From: a virus | Taxonomy: Duplodnaviria; Caudoviricetes | Direction: 5' to 3' (one strand) | DNA length: 59,415 nucleotides | Virus record (IMG/VR): IMGVR_UViG_3300020403_000009 | Span: 1-59,415 of that record | Shown: piece by piece, positions 9,228 through 20,232 of the stretch | How the letters are laid out: each line of letters begins with the position of its first letter | How positions within the stretch are numbered: position 1 is the first letter of the stretch | Translations under genes and position numbers: made by a program | The notes under the pieces: generated by a model | What the model was told of the DNA's origin: nothing | Databases searched by the model: none | What the model saw: the letters and a program-made list of their open reading frames with translations, nothing else

Positions 9228-10366
9228 TTTATTTTATAGTGCATAAAAAAGTTTCTATAGTATGTTCCTTGAAAAGGTTCTGTTCTTCCGTGTTGGCACA
9301 AGGCAGATTCATAAAGTATCATATCTCCAGGCTCTGCATAAACCTTATACCACTCTCCATCATGTCCTTGAATATCTAAAGGCCAATCGTCTCCAAACTC
9401 TCGGCTTTGACATCCACACTTTAAATCTTTATCCACTATAATTATAGATGAAACATGATGAGTTTCTATTCTGTCTGTATGTTTTGAAAGGGTTGCTCCC
9501 CTTAAATACGACCTTATACCATACACGAATGTAGGCTCTATATCAACTCCTGCGAACTCTCGGTGTATCGGCAAAAGTTGATTGTGTATCATACTCCTTA
9601 TATGTGGTATATTGTCATACGACATTAATTGACTACCTCCTTGTATAAATGTTTCTTTGCCTGGAAAGTCTTCTTCTACAGTTCGGTCTTTTAATATATG
9701 GTATGAATCCTGAATAATACCCCATATATGCTCTGGTACTTTTACTACATCGAAACCAATATCAGTAAGCTTAGGTATATTAGGAACTACTTTGAGCGGA
9801 GCAGGTTTAGCCGCTCCCCATTCTCGCTCTCTCCACCACGATGTAATAATATATTTCTTGCCTGACGTTACTGGCATACCCTCGTGTATAGTGTCCTCTT
9901 GAGTTTGGCCATCTATCATGTTTTCCCAAGTTACAGCCTTCCCTGTCTCTGGCTGAGTTATGGTATTAAGCTTTGGAAAGTTAGTTCCACCACCCTCAAA
10001 GTCATCATTCAAATAAATCATCAAGGTGTGCGTTCTGTTTCCGCTATGCAAACAATGCTCATTATAAGCAGGACCGCTAAAAAAATCGTGATGAGGTTTA
10101 AAGTATTGACCTACTTCATAGAGCTGACCTTGAATGTTTTCACCTCTCTTTTCATCCAAACCTAGATGGTTTGCTATTTTTAAAAAAACACTTTTTACTA
10201 AGGGGTCGGTGTGACTTAAATTACAAGTGCTTGACGTTCGGCTTTTGTCATCTATAGAAGTTCCTCCAGAACCTGAAACCACTGTAGAAGGCTGGTGGTT
10301 TTTATCTATAATTTTAATTAATTCACTACACTCTTCTTGAGTGAGAAAATTCTGTATTTCAACCAT
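9224..10366 (-). CDS. Tandem 2OG-Fe(II) dioxygenase; N-terminal prolyl-4-hydroxylase-like domain plus a second 2OG domain
   Basis: Domain 1: NFLT.EEC, RTS, Y..GQYFKPHHD, R..T.MIYLND..EGGGT.FP, HEG.PV.SG.K. Domain 2: YGIRSY..GA.L..HTD...PGDMILYES...HGR. Confidence 0.9.
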   Translation of the reverse strand: MVEIQNFLTQEECSELIKIIDKNHQPSTVVSGSGGTSIDDKSRTSSTCNLSHTDPLVKSVFLKIANHLGLDEKRGENIQGQLYEVGQYFKPHHDFFSGPAYNEHCLHSGNRTHTLMIYLNDDFEGGGTNFPKLNTITQPETGKAVTWENMIDGQTQEDTIHEGMPVTSGKKYIITSWWREREWGAAKPAPLKVVPNIPKLTDIGFDVVKVPEHIWGIIQDSYHILKDRTVEEDFPGKETFIQGGSQLMSYDNIPHIRSMIHNQLLPIHREFAGVDIEPTFVYGIRSYLRGATLSKHTDRIETHHVSSIIIVDKDLKCGCQSREFGDDWPLDIQGHDGEWYKVYAEPGDMILYESALCQHGRTEPFQGTYYRNFFMHYKIK

Positions 10367-10393
10367 TAAATTTAATTTGTATAAAGATACAAA

Positions 10394-11203
10394 TTAATAG
10401 CAACTTCCTGACAAAGTGAAACTTGAGCCGTTCCAATATCTATATGAACCGCCTTGCGTGTAATACCCTGGAGTAGCATATGTGCTACATCCACTATTAG
10501 CAAAAGCAATTGTAGCTGTACTTAAAGAAGAGGTGTCAAAGAAATGAGAATCATAATTTCCTGAGCAAACAGCACTGCCTCTTTGTAAGTAAATAGCATA
10601 ACAAGTAGGACTTGGAGTAGGTGTCGGACTAGGACTAGGCGTTGGACTAGGAGTAGGACTAGGCGTTCCCGCACAAGCTGTACAGTTTGAATAGTATCCT
10701 TGAGGAGATATAGCCTGTGGCGTTCCTGTATTTGGACCATATACTTCCCAACATTGACCCGCATATTCTACAGAAGTTCCATAGCTTACTTGTTGTGGTA
10801 ATGAAACATTGTATTGCTGTCCAGTTGAACATTGTTGTAATAAATAGTCATAGGTCGGAGCTGGTGTAGGCGTTGGACTAGGACTTGGGCTTGGCGTTGG
10901 ACTAGGTGTAGGACCTGGTGTAGGGCTTGGAGTTGGACTAGGACTAGGTGTAGGTGTAGGGCTAGGGCTAGGACTAGGAGTTGGGCTAGGTGTGGGCGTA
11001 GGAGTTGGAGTCGGTGTTGGAGTAGGAGTAGGTACAGTACAACCTTGAGACGCTAATAATACACCTGAAACCTGCTGTCTAACTATAGACGAATCTGAAT
11101 ACCATCCATTAGCTGATACTGTAGTTAAATTTGCATCGTCATAAACAGTTGTTGCGTTTGCAAAACTTGCAGTATCAAAATAATATGTTCCTAGTGTTGC
11201 CAT
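10394..11203 (-). CDS. Pro-Thr/Pro-Ser repeat, Cys-rich virion accessory protein
   Basis: Three small beta/Cys modules separated by long (PT/PS)n linkers. Confidence 0.75.
   Translation of the reverse strand: MATLGTYYFDTASFANATTVYDDANLTTVSANGWYSDSSIVRQQVSGVLLASQGCTVPTPTPTPTPTPTPTPSPTPSPSPSPTPTPSPSPTPSPTPGPTPSPTPSPSPSPTPTPAPTYDYLLQQCSTGQQYNVSLPQQVSYGTSVEYAGQCWEVYGPNTGTPQAISPQGYYSNCTACAGTPSPTPSPTPSPSPTPTPSPTCYAIYLQRGSAVCSGNYDSHFFDTSSLSTATIAFANSGCSTYATPGYYTQGGSYRYWNGSSFTLSGSCY
10856..11036 (-). repeat. Hexamer repeat encoding (Pro-Thr/Pro-Ser)n
   Basis: Direct reading. Further tracts at about 10604-10667, 6800-6890, 7188-7215 and 12941-12980. Confidence 0.95.
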
Positions 11204-11206
11204 TTT

Positions 11207-14200
11207 TTAACAATTTATAATTTGACTTGGCGCTCCTGTTGAAGAATTAAATCTTAACGCTACCCCACTTCCAGTTCCACAAGAAGCACCTTGATAATAC
11301 CACTTGCTACTTATAGAGTATTGCAGGTAGTCTATAACTTTTGTTTTCTTAGCCTTATCCATCCACACGACATCTGATGTAGTTACGCAAGTTGTGCTGC
11401 CATCATGATAATAGTTTTGAGTGGTTGCAGTAGGACCATTATTACACGCATCTGTATTAGTAGAGAACCAACTTTCAACTTCATTCATTGTAAACTCTTG
11501 AACACATAGTGAATAGTAAGAGCTGCCTTGAGCGTTTACAAGTCCACTCGCTCCAATATAAAGGTTTACACCTGGTGTTACGCTATTTGTCTGAGCAGCA
11601 CCATAGTATAATGGAAGACCCGTGCCTGAATCGCTTCCATCAAATGTGGTTGTTAATCCAATATCTGTATAAGCGATGACAGTATATCCGTTAGTGTAAG
11701 CAAAATCTAACTGCTCTGTATTTTGAATAAAGATATTTCCTCCGCCAGGATTATATATTAAGTAAACTGATATAGCGCTACTGACAGTGTATGTACAAGA
11801 AGTGCTTGTGCTTGATTCTCCTGATTGTTGTCCATTATTTAAGTACCAAGCCTGTGGTGTTGAACAAGCTCCGTCTTGAGTTACTGCGCCATTTGTATTA
11901 GTGGTAAGGTAATTCCCATAAGTTGTACCACACGGAGAATAGTAGTTACTATAAGCACCAGCATAAAGAGGTGTAAGTAAATCTACATCGGTAAATATGT
12001 TATCAGAAGTTGAAGCTTGCGCACAAGCAGTTGAGCCAGTATGGTAATATGTCGTAGTGGGTTTTCCAGGACCCCAAGCACAAACACTTCCCAAAGGTGC
12101 GTAGTTATCTGAAGTTATTTCTATTGCAGTTATACAAGAATCAAATAAATCGCTTCCAGTTGTAGTAACGAGCGTACCTGTCTGAGAAACATTTATTGTC
12201 ATACCTGTATCTACTGTACCTGCGCCGCCGCCAGAAGCTCTAATTCCAACCCATGGGGCTAAGCTGCTATTTGGTATGAATGCTGTAGTTCCTCCTGCAT
12301 CTGTCCAAGCATTTACTGTTCTTCCAGCTGTTGCTGCATCTCTAAGGTCTTGAGCTGTGGATATAGCACCAGTACTATCACTTAAATATAAAGTTCCTGT
12401 TGAAGGTATTTGAATATTTTGAGCGCATGAGTTAGAGCTTGAAGAATAACCATTTCCATACACCGCCATATTAGTTAACCATGCTCCAGTAGGAGTAGGA
12501 GTAGGTGTTGGAGTTGGAGTAGGAGTAGGAGTAGGCGTAGGCGTAGGCGTAGGCGTAGGCGTAGGTGTTGGAGTCGGAGTCGGAGTAGGTGTTGGAGTCG
12601 GAGTAGGAGTCGGTGTAGGAGTCGGTGTAGGACTAGGACTTGGTGTTGGTGTAATATTACACACACCAGCAGTATCAATATTAGAAACTGTACCTATATC
12701 CGTCATTCTAAATATTCCTTCACTAAGACCATACCCTTTATTAGGTTCTCTTACACCAAAGTAGTTGTCTCCTCCTTGGAATAATGTTGTTAAAGATGCG
12801 TCTGTATAAAACAATGTGCTACCAGTTGCAGTTGTAGCAAATGAACTGGATGCACTATAAATAGGTGTAGATGCAAATGGGCAAGTAGATGGACTTGTTG
12901 CGCTACCAGTACCAGGCTCAATCAACCATCTGTAAGATACAGGTGCTGGTGTCGGAGTTGGAGTTGGTGTCGGTGTTGGGAATGTGCAACCAGTACAAGC
13001 ATCTGATGTGCTGGTAGTAGAAAAACATAAGTTTGCACTAGATGGTTTTCTGTAATCCCATATTAAATACAAGAAACGCCCCCCTGCTGGCAACGTAAAG
13101 CTACCGCTAAATTGATTTGGATTGGTTTCACTTACAACTGTGGTATTGGCTGCTGCTGCCAACAAACTATTTATATCACTTCCATTATTACCGTAAAAAG
13201 TGTTTGTTCTTAAATATTTTAATTTATTTTTAGAGATATCAAAAACAAAATTGTCAAAATTTTGTTTTCTACTTATTATTGACACTATAGATGCATCTCC
13301 AGGTATAACTCCTGCGCCTTGGAATCCAGCTACAAAATTGTACTGAGATACTATTGGGTTTGTATTGCTTGAAGAAAACTGTATTCTTTCTGAATGCAGC
13401 GGAGATGTAAATGTTCCGTCAGTCCATCTGTACTGATTAGTAATAAACTGTCCAGCATCTGAATTACTTGTAACAGCTACATTATAAATTGTTATTTCTT
13501 GTGCCTGTGGGCATCCAGTTGTTATATCAATGGTATCTGAAGTAGTGCTATCTTGAGTAACACTAATTTCAACTGTAGTGGTATTAACACTGTTTTTGTT
13601 AAATGTCAAAGTGCCGCTCTGATTTACTGGGCCAGTGCTATGAGACACCCCGTTATATGTTGCTGTTATAGTGTAATTAGTTGTACTTGTTTGCGCTTCA
13701 AGAACCATTTCATCTGATAATGCTTCTGTTACAACATTTGAATTTGTTTCGGAAACTATATTAGTAAAACCACCATCAAAAGGTATTTCATAATCAATAT
13801 CAACCAGTCCTAATAAGTCACCAACATCTACACAATATGTAAATGTTGTATTAGGCTCTATTACGATGTTTTTTGCTGTATCACAAGGTAAACATTCATC
13901 GTCTGCTGGAGGTAATTGTACATTTGAATGCAACACATACTCATTCATGTATGGGTCAAACCCTCCTAGCTTTTGTGTTTGGAAAGTATCTATAAATAAA
14001 TCTCTAAACCACGAGCGCATACCTGCTTCTGATATAACTTGAAGCTGCTCGTTATTATACGCACCTCCAATTAGATTTATTACCGCTCCACGCTTGGCAT
14101 CAGTAAAATATTTATTAGGCCCATAGGATGCATAACTCTCTGGGTTTTCACTAATACCATATTCTTCTAATCTAGCTATCTGTGTTCCTAACACTTCTGG

Positions 14201-17200
14201 CACAGACGTTACTGCACCTCCTCCAGTAGCATCACTTAGTAAATTTTTACCTGCTAAAACATAAGATATTTTATCTTCTTGCAGGGTAAGAATATCTGTT
14301 TTTCTACCATCTAATAACTGTACAGGCCCATAAGACTCTTCTAATGGTTTAAAATTAGCTAGTCCTAGGTTGAACTCATTTAATTTATTTACGTTCGTTT
14401 CATCGTTATATACACCACTATAAGTCAAATCAGCAAATCTATGTTCCTGCTTATAGTCCATATTAGATGTAGATGTAACACGCTCTCCAAGATTTAATGT
14501 TTTGCCTGTTATAGAGTCTAACATCTTGTAGCTTTCTACACCATTTCCAAAAGTGTAACAGTTCGAAAACTCTGTATCAATAATTGCTGATTGACCAGAG
14601 GTTTGATTTTGCACATTACCACTATGCATACCATCTGTATCAACAGGAAAAGATAAATGGTTTTCATACCAAACATTTGATAAAGCATCAGTAGGCTGTG
14701 TTTCAAAAACAATTAAACTATCTGCTCTATAAATTTGTATATCAGCTGTTACTGTTGAACGTCTTTTTGCTCTTGATAATGTACCACTGCAACGAACCGT
14801 TCCAGTAATAAGTAAAGATAATTCTCCATCTCCACCAGCTGGAGCTGGTTCTCTATAAAACTTATAATAGTTAGTTCCCTCAGAAGTTGATATGTCTGTT
14901 TTTGTTGTAGCAGTCGCTGACTCATATGTATTCGTAATGCTTCCAGTATTACCTCCAACCTCAGTAACCGCTCGGTTTAAAACCTCCTCTACATTATCTC
15001 CATTCCACCAGTCCTGCATATTATTGTAAGTTCTAGAAGATATAAGTTCAACATCTAATTGACTTATTCTTCTTTCACATTTTCCGTTTCCTTGCCCTGG
15101 CCCTAATCTTTCTTGCCTTATTGACATTATAATCCTACTTCCAGAAGGAACATCATAATCTAAAAACTGACCAGGATTTGCTGGGTCAGCTAAATTCATA
15201 GGATATGCAAGAATAGGGTAATCGTTAGCAGTGTCTTGAATATCAGTTAATGAACCAGGTGTAACAATGTCATTATCTCCTCTTTCTGTAGCGAAATTAT
15301 TAGGATTAATTTTCATATATGTTCCAGCAGGCGATGTAATAGAAGCTCCTTGAGAATCAGTTAAAAAATCTGCTGACTTAGCCTCTTTTTCTAAAACTGT
15401 GGCCTCAACACACCTTAAAACTGGACCTGAACTGTCAGACTTCACAAAGTATCTATCTCCCTCCTCTACTTTATTTGCATTCTCTCCTTCTAATAAAAAG
15501 TAAGTAGCATTGCTACCTGGGTCTTTAAAATATATGTTTGAATAAATAGTATCATATGTAGACTCATATGGTTTTAATACAAATTTATACCTTGTTGCCC
15601 AACTTGGAGCTAACTGCTGAGTTGGAACAATTACTCTTATTTCATTTTTATTAATAGAGTTTTGACATGGTATCTCTACAGTATTATTTGGACTGACAAG
15701 AGCGGTAGATGAGCGTCCAAAACTATCCATATATACTATACCCACCTCATATCCTCTATTGCTATGTAAACTTCTTGGATTGTCAAGATTACTAAAAGAA
15801 GCAGTAGCTGTTATTATTTCATAAAATTCATAAGCATTATTAGCTCCATCTACATACTGCATAGCAGTAAGCTGAAGCCCAATAGTATTACTTGCTGGAG
15901 ATGCTATAATTTCAATAGGCTCTGCTGTTGCAGTAATACCGCTTGCAGTTTTTGTGTATGTTCCTAATGTAGAAGGAAGCGCACAATTAATACGGTCTGT
16001 TAATGTTGTTCCATTACAAGCATCAACAACAGGTTGTATATTTGATGCAGTACCAACCTTTTCAATAAAATCTGTGCTTGTAGCTAATGAATATACATTA
16101 TTAAAATCTACTGGTAATACATATTCAAACAATATATCAGTTGATGAGGTTGTGGCCGATGGAGTATTATCAGTAAACTGGCTATGAGTAATAGTAAAAT
16201 CTAAAGAAATAGTTGAGCCAGCAGTAAGTTCTAAAGTTGTTCCATTTTGATTTGATAAATCAAAGTATATAATAGAGTTGTTTACATTCACTGGCGTTGG
16301 ACCTATAGTATAGTATCCTGCTCCTCTAGTATCCACAAGCTCAGAAGTAGCAATTTCTGTGCTATTTAAATCTGCTTCAAACTCTAATTTTATATCATTA
16401 CCAAACTTATCTTTTAAATCATAGCCCTCTTTGTAGTTTCCATAAACAACTCTATTACCCATTACAGTTTGAGCTTTAGCTATAATAGGAACATTGTCAT
16501 ACAATCTTAGCAGTTCTGAGTCTGGTAATAAAGTAAATATCTTACTGTTATCAAACGTATAAGTATAATCTGTATCATTAGAGTATCCTAAATTGGATTT
16601 ATCTAAATACTCTATGACTTTAATATTGTTTGTGGTAGATTCTTTGAAAAGCAACTGAATACCCTCTACGAGCGAACCTCCTGAATTAAAAGTTATAATC
16701 GCCGCATTCTTAGTATTCCTCATTCCTTCATTCAAATAGCTATTATAGCTAAATGAAAAAGTTGAAGGATTAAAAGCATATTGACTAAACTGAGAAGTAG
16801 CTGAGTATTGATTGTCTGCATACTTATATCTATATGCAAAAGCAATAAAACGCTCCTCTAAGTAATCATCTTCTTGACCTACTACATTAAAAGTTTGAAT
16901 ACTTGGAGCGGATACTGGTGGCCTTTTTATTACCATCAATGATTCCGCCGTAAAACCATCAAGATTGTTAGTAGGAGATGAATATCTTCTATTTACATTT
17001 ATTACTCTTGGTGGATTAAGATTATCCGTAAAAAATAAAAGAGAGTTATCAATAAGATTAACTCCAGTAATTAAGTGATATGGGCTAAAGTTTAAAGTAG
17101 TATTTATACCACCTCCGTCATCAAGACTTATTATATGATATGTAGTCGAGTTGTCAGTAGTATTATAAGAAACAATTAAATCAAGCTTACTTGTGTTTCC

Positions 17201-17482
17201 TAAAGTAAAAGCTGGGTCGTGTATAAACCAATAAATAGTTTCATTAGCACCATCTTCATAAGCACCTATACATCTAGCGTTATTACTAAGCTCAACCCCG
17301 TCAAACATAATAGTTGTTAGCCCAGTATTACCTTTTGAGTTTTCTACCGAACCATATTCAGATTCCTCGGTAGAACCAAGTCTTACATTTAATGCGTCAA
17401 TATATTCACCATTTGGTAAAAGCCTTTCATCAAGGCTTTTATTCATACGGCCTCTTATAAAATTTCTTTGAATATTTGCCAT
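11207..17482 (-). CDS. Tail nozzle/stabilisation protein (N-terminal major part) with PT-repeat and repeated beta-module extension
   Basis: [22 protein letters not shown] start, [35 protein letters not shown] motifs of crAss-like stabilisation proteins; follows the ring genes. Confidence 0.75.
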   Translation of the reverse strand: MANIQRNFIRGRMNKSLDERLLPNGEYIDALNVRLGSTEESEYGSVENSKGNTGLTTIMFDGVELSNNARCIGAYEDGANETIYWFIHDPAFTLGNTSKLDLIVSYNTTDNSTTYHIISLDDGGGINTTLNFSPYHLITGVNLIDNSLLFFTDNLNPPRVINVNRRYSSPTNNLDGFTAESLMVIKRPPVSAPSIQTFNVVGQEDDYLEERFIAFAYRYKYADNQYSATSQFSQYAFNPSTFSFSYNSYLNEGMRNTKNAAIITFNSGGSLVEGIQLLFKESTTNNIKVIEYLDKSNLGYSNDTDYTYTFDNSKIFTLLPDSELLRLYDNVPIIAKAQTVMGNRVVYGNYKEGYDLKDKFGNDIKLEFEADLNSTEIATSELVDTRGAGYYTIGPTPVNVNNSIIYFDLSNQNGTTLELTAGSTISLDFTITHSQFTDNTPSATTSSTDILFEYVLPVDFNNVYSLATSTDFIEKVGTASNIQPVVDACNGTTLTDRINCALPSTLGTYTKTASGITATAEPIEIIASPASNTIGLQLTAMQYVDGANNAYEFYEIITATASFSNLDNPRSLHSNRGYEVGIVYMDSFGRSSTALVSPNNTVEIPCQNSINKNEIRVIVPTQQLAPSWATRYKFVLKPYESTYDTIYSNIYFKDPGSNATYFLLEGENANKVEEGDRYFVKSDSSGPVLRCVEATVLEKEAKSADFLTDSQGASITSPAGTYMKINPNNFATERGDNDIVTPGSLTDIQDTANDYPILAYPMNLADPANPGQFLDYDVPSGSRIIMSIRQERLGPGQGNGKCERRISQLDVELISSRTYNNMQDWWNGDNVEEVLNRAVTEVGGNTGSITNTYESATATTKTDISTSEGTNYYKFYREPAPAGGDGELSLLITGTVRCSGTLSRAKRRSTVTADIQIYRADSLIVFETQPTDALSNVWYENHLSFPVDTDGMHSGNVQNQTSGQSAIIDTEFSNCYTFGNGVESYKMLDSITGKTLNLGERVTSTSNMDYKQEHRFADLTYSGVYNDETNVNKLNEFNLGLANFKPLEESYGPVQLLDGRKTDILTLQEDKISYVLAGKNLLSDATGGGAVTSVPEVLGTQIARLEEYGISENPESYASYGPNKYFTDAKRGAVINLIGGAYNNEQLQVISEAGMRSWFRDLFIDTFQTQKLGGFDPYMNEYVLHSNVQLPPADDECLPCDTAKNIVIEPNTTFTYCVDVGDLLGLVDIDYEIPFDGGFTNIVSETNSNVVTEALSDEMVLEAQTSTTNYTITATYNGVSHSTGPVNQSGTLTFNKNSVNTTTVEISVTQDSTTSDTIDITTGCPQAQEITIYNVAVTSNSDAGQFITNQYRWTDGTFTSPLHSERIQFSSSNTNPIVSQYNFVAGFQGAGVIPGDASIVSIISRKQNFDNFVFDISKNKLKYLRTNTFYGNNGSDINSLLAAAANTTVVSETNPNQFSGSFTLPAGGRFLYLIWDYRKPSSANLCFSTTSTSDACTGCTFPTPTPTPTPTPAPVSYRWLIEPGTGSATSPSTCPFASTPIYSASSSFATTATGSTLFYTDASLTTLFQGGDNYFGVREPNKGYGLSEGIFRMTDIGTVSNIDTAGVCNITPTPSPSPTPTPTPTPTPTPTPTPTPTPTPTPTPTPTPTPTPTPTPTPTPTPTPTGAWLTNMAVYGNGYSSSSNSCAQNIQIPSTGTLYLSDSTGAISTAQDLRDAATAGRTVNAWTDAGGTTAFIPNSSLAPWVGIRASGGGAGTVDTGMTINVSQTGTLVTTTGSDLFDSCITAIEITSDNYAPLGSVCAWGPGKPTTTYYHTGSTACAQASTSDNIFTDVDLLTPLYAGAYSNYYSPCGTTYGNYLTTNTNGAVTQDGACSTPQAWYLNNGQQSGESSTSTSCTYTVSSAISVYLIYNPGGGNIFIQNTEQLDFAYTNGYTVIAYTDIGLTTTFDGSDSGTGLPLYYGAAQTNSVTPGVNLYIGASGLVNAQGSSYYSLCVQEFTMNEVESWFSTNTDACNNGPTATTQNYYHDGSTTCVTTSDVVWMDKAKKTKVIDYLQYSISSKWYYQGASCGTGSGVALRFNSSTGAPSQIINC
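12488..12652 (-). repeat. Hexamer tandem repeat encoding (Pro-Thr)n
   Basis: GTAGGA/GTAGGC/GTCGGA/GTTGGA units; synonymous variation between units indicates selection on the protein. Confidence 0.95.
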
Positions 17483-18393
17483 TACTTAATCCACTTATTC
17501 TCTCCTCTTAGATTCATTAGTAATCTGCCTGGATGAATATTGCTTAATCTAATTTTAGCATTTCTTAGTAAAGCTGTCTTTCTTTTTCTAGCTCTATTAA
17601 TGATGTACTCTTGTACATTAAATTTACTGTTTAATATTGCATACTCTATATACGCATATATATAATCTTCAAAAAGTTTATTCAGCTGAACTTTAGAATC
17701 ATCGCCATTTTCCATACCATCAGAGATATATTCCAAAATACAATTTTGATTAGCCATAGTAGAGTCAAAGTTGATAACCCCTGCTGTCTTATCAAGTCTA
17801 AATGTAGGATTGATATTACCTGTTTCAGTATTAAGACCGTAACGCGCTCCTATAGTATAGTCTGCATACCAGTTAGCTTGTGTATCCATTGGTATTTGGT
17901 CATCTGCATTATTTTTATTTAAATAAATACTGTTTTGTTGACCATTCAGTCTTTCTGTATCAAGTGTTGATTGTTCTATTATAACGTCATTACCATTAAA
18001 ATCTGGTGTACTTGAACTCTGCTGATAAGATGTAGCTGAATTTACCTGTATGTTTTCTGTGAGTGGTCTAATCCAGCCATCTTTATACATTGATAATCTT
18101 ACCCAATTAACAAAATCTGGAGGCAATATAAATTTTAAGTCATCATATACAGTAAGCTCTAATGCCTTTATATTATTAAATGCATCATAGTTAAGCTCCT
18201 GTATTCCTCTTTTAGCATGGAACAATATCTTATACCTTGACTCATTGTTAACTAATGAATGGTTTCCAGCGTACATCAGCTCAAAGTTATTTACTATATC
18301 TTCTAAGCTTACATACTGATACGAACCCCAATTAGCATCGGTTGGGTTTACTCCGTCATTAGTATAATATTTCTTCTGATTTATATAAGCCAT
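17482..18393 (-). CDS. Tail ring/adaptor protein
   Basis: [29 protein letters not shown]; position. Confidence 0.6.
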   Translation of the reverse strand: MAYINQKKYYTNDGVNPTDANWGSYQYVSLEDIVNNFELMYAGNHSLVNNESRYKILFHAKRGIQELNYDAFNNIKALELTVYDDLKFILPPDFVNWVRLSMYKDGWIRPLTENIQVNSATSYQQSSSTPDFNGNDVIIEQSTLDTERLNGQQNSIYLNKNNADDQIPMDTQANWYADYTIGARYGLNTETGNINPTFRLDKTAGVINFDSTMANQNCILEYISDGMENGDDSKVQLNKLFEDYIYAYIEYAILNSKFNVQEYIINRARKRKTALLRNAKIRLSNIHPGRLLMNLRGENKWIK

Positions 18394-18394
18394 C

Positions 18395-19354
18395 TTATTG
18401 TTCTTGGTTTTCTTGTTGTTCTATTGCTTGTCCAAACTGCACTGTAGCTATTTCTCTAATAGACATTCCAGCATATTGTAGTATTCTAGCAACTAAATTA
18501 TTCACATCATCTTGAGGAAGTTCAAAATCCTGATAATCTGATTGAGATTGGTCAAAGATTGGCTCGCCTCCTGTAAGCGATATATAAGTCCACTTAGGGT
18601 CTTTTGGATATCTAATATACTGCGATACAACTCTTCCTATTTGATTTATAGAATTAGGATACAAAGTTAAAATATTACCCTCTTGTGTGTAAGCAGGGAA
18701 AGTAGTGTTTGGGCTTGTAAGCATTGACTTGGTAAGCATTGTAATTTTACTTTGGCTTACTGGCTCTGCTTCATTTTTTAAATTAACATTTTTATATATG
18801 CAATAATTTAACCCTGAAGAAGTTAATTGAGCTATGTTTACAACAAGTTCTGTCTCACTTGTTATTGACTGTACTGTTAAGTTAGTTACCACTGAATTAC
18901 TAATTACAATAGAAACTCTGTCACCCACAGCAACACCATCTGTTTGAAATGTTGCGCTCGAATCAATAAGTGCTGTATTTCCACCCCCTGTAGCGGTAGT
19001 AGTTCCAGATGAAGTTACTTCGCTATATATTAAAATCTTATTTAGCAAATAATAATCAGAACCTGTAGTTGCAGCAGTTGGAACTGTATAAAGATTACTT
19101 GAACTCTGAGATAAACTTCCTGTTACAGAAAAAGTATCTATTACTTCTTCATATCCCTTTTGTATATCTGCATATCCAGTTCCTGATACTCTACCATTCT
19201 GTTTGTTAACTTGATTATTGTAAGCTATAAAGTATTCGTCAAAAATATCTAACTGTGCTTGCTTTGCAAACAAGTTAAAATCTGATGGAGATATGTAACC
19301 GTAATTATTCTTGTTAAGGATAGCAAGAACTGTATTTCTAACAGCGTTTATCAT
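18395..19354 (-). CDS. Tail ring/head-tail connector protein
   Basis: NKNNYGYISPSDFNLFAKQAQ, YIRYPKDPKW, DFELP. Start probably 19354, downstream of a terminator and promoter. Confidence 0.6.
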   Translation of the reverse strand: MINAVRNTVLAILNKNNYGYISPSDFNLFAKQAQLDIFDEYFIAYNNQVNKQNGRVSGTGYADIQKGYEEVIDTFSVTGSLSQSSSNLYTVPTAATTGSDYYLLNKILIYSEVTSSGTTTATGGGNTALIDSSATFQTDGVAVGDRVSIVISNSVVTNLTVQSITSETELVVNIAQLTSSGLNYCIYKNVNLKNEAEPVSQSKITMLTKSMLTSPNTTFPAYTQEGNILTLYPNSINQIGRVVSQYIRYPKDPKWTYISLTGGEPIFDQSQSDYQDFELPQDDVNNLVARILQYAGMSIREIATVQFGQAIEQQENQEQ

Positions 19355-19379
19355 CGCTTTCTTTTTTACAAAGATAAGC

Positions 19380-19411
19380 AAAAAAAAAGAGGTCAATTAT
19401 TTTTGACCTCT
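19380..19411 (-). terminator. Intrinsic terminator
   Basis: AGAGGTCAA/TTGACCTCT stem followed by a U run on the minus strand. Confidence 0.75.
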
Positions 19412-19422
19412 CTCTACAATCG

Positions 19423-20169
19423 CTAATCTTCTAGCAATTTTTCTAGCATTTTCAAAGACTCTATACCATCATCGCTCTGTAAATATGATGATACAATGTA
19501 CATTGGGTCCTCTCCAAAAGGTACGGTTAGCATCTTCTTTTTATTAGTAGATGTATTAAACCATACTTCCTTTTGCTTGTTTCTAAACGACAATAATCCT
19601 TTATCAAAAAACAACTGTACATTAGATTGTAATTTCAACATAGGGTCATTAATCATTTTTAAGAATGTTTGAGGGTCACGCTTTACAAATATTAATATGT
19701 CTCTGCGAAGCTCTGCCGTACTCATTTGTTCTGTATTTCTTCCAAGTAAAACTCTAGATATAGTTTCGACCTGGTCTACAGAAAGTTTTCTAGCTTCAAT
19801 AAGAGCATCTGCCTCTACGTTCAATTGTTCAATCTCTGCTGCTGCATCTTTTTCTTCATTAACTTCAATAAACTTTTTTCCGTTTAATGGGTGATAGTAT
19901 AAAAATTCTTGCAACACAGGATTTGTTTTTGGAACTCTTAAAAAACCATCAACGAAATCGATAGGCTCTCTAACTACTTGTCCATCCTGCTCATCTTCAA
20001 AGCAAGACCTTTGGTTAGGAGAATATCTCAACACTCGGTTGATTCCTTTCTCTTCGTCAAAATGTAATAAGGGTTGTCTTTTTGAGCCGCCTGAAGGTAA
20101 TAAAAAAGATATAGGCGCTCTATCTCTAGTAAGTTTGTAGACTTTGTCTACTAATGCGTTTTTTTTCAT
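19423..20169 (-). CDS. Conserved hypothetical protein after the capsid gene
   Basis: 248-aa ORF between two terminators. Confidence 0.7.
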   Translation of the reverse strand: MKKNALVDKVYKLTRDRAPISFLLPSGGSKRQPLLHFDEEKGINRVLRYSPNQRSCFEDEQDGQVVREPIDFVDGFLRVPKTNPVLQEFLYYHPLNGKKFIEVNEEKDAAAEIEQLNVEADALIEARKLSVDQVETISRVLLGRNTEQMSTAELRRDILIFVKRDPQTFLKMINDPMLKLQSNVQLFFDKGLLSFRNKQKEVWFNTSTNKKKMLTVPFGEDPMYIVSSYLQSDDGIESLKMLEKLLED

Positions 20170-20192
20170 TATATATAAATTTAATTAGATTT

Positions 20193-20222
20193 AAAAAAAA
20201 GGGAGGCGGTTAAACCTCCCTT
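20193..20222 (-). terminator. Intrinsic terminator after major capsid gene
   Basis: GGGAGG/CCTCCC stem plus U8. Confidence 0.8.
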
Positions 20223-20232
20223 GATATTAACA

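Noticed and set aside
7457-10366. DNA hypermodification role for the dioxygenase/GT cassette
   Set aside because: Not excluded but disfavoured: motifs match P4H and GT60 rather than TET/JBP and DNA glucosyltransferases, and the genes lie in the tail block.
12475-12678. Alternative-frame ORFs over PT repeats (also 6821-7003, 10522-10764)
   Set aside because: By-products of the hexamer repeats (RL/GV runs).
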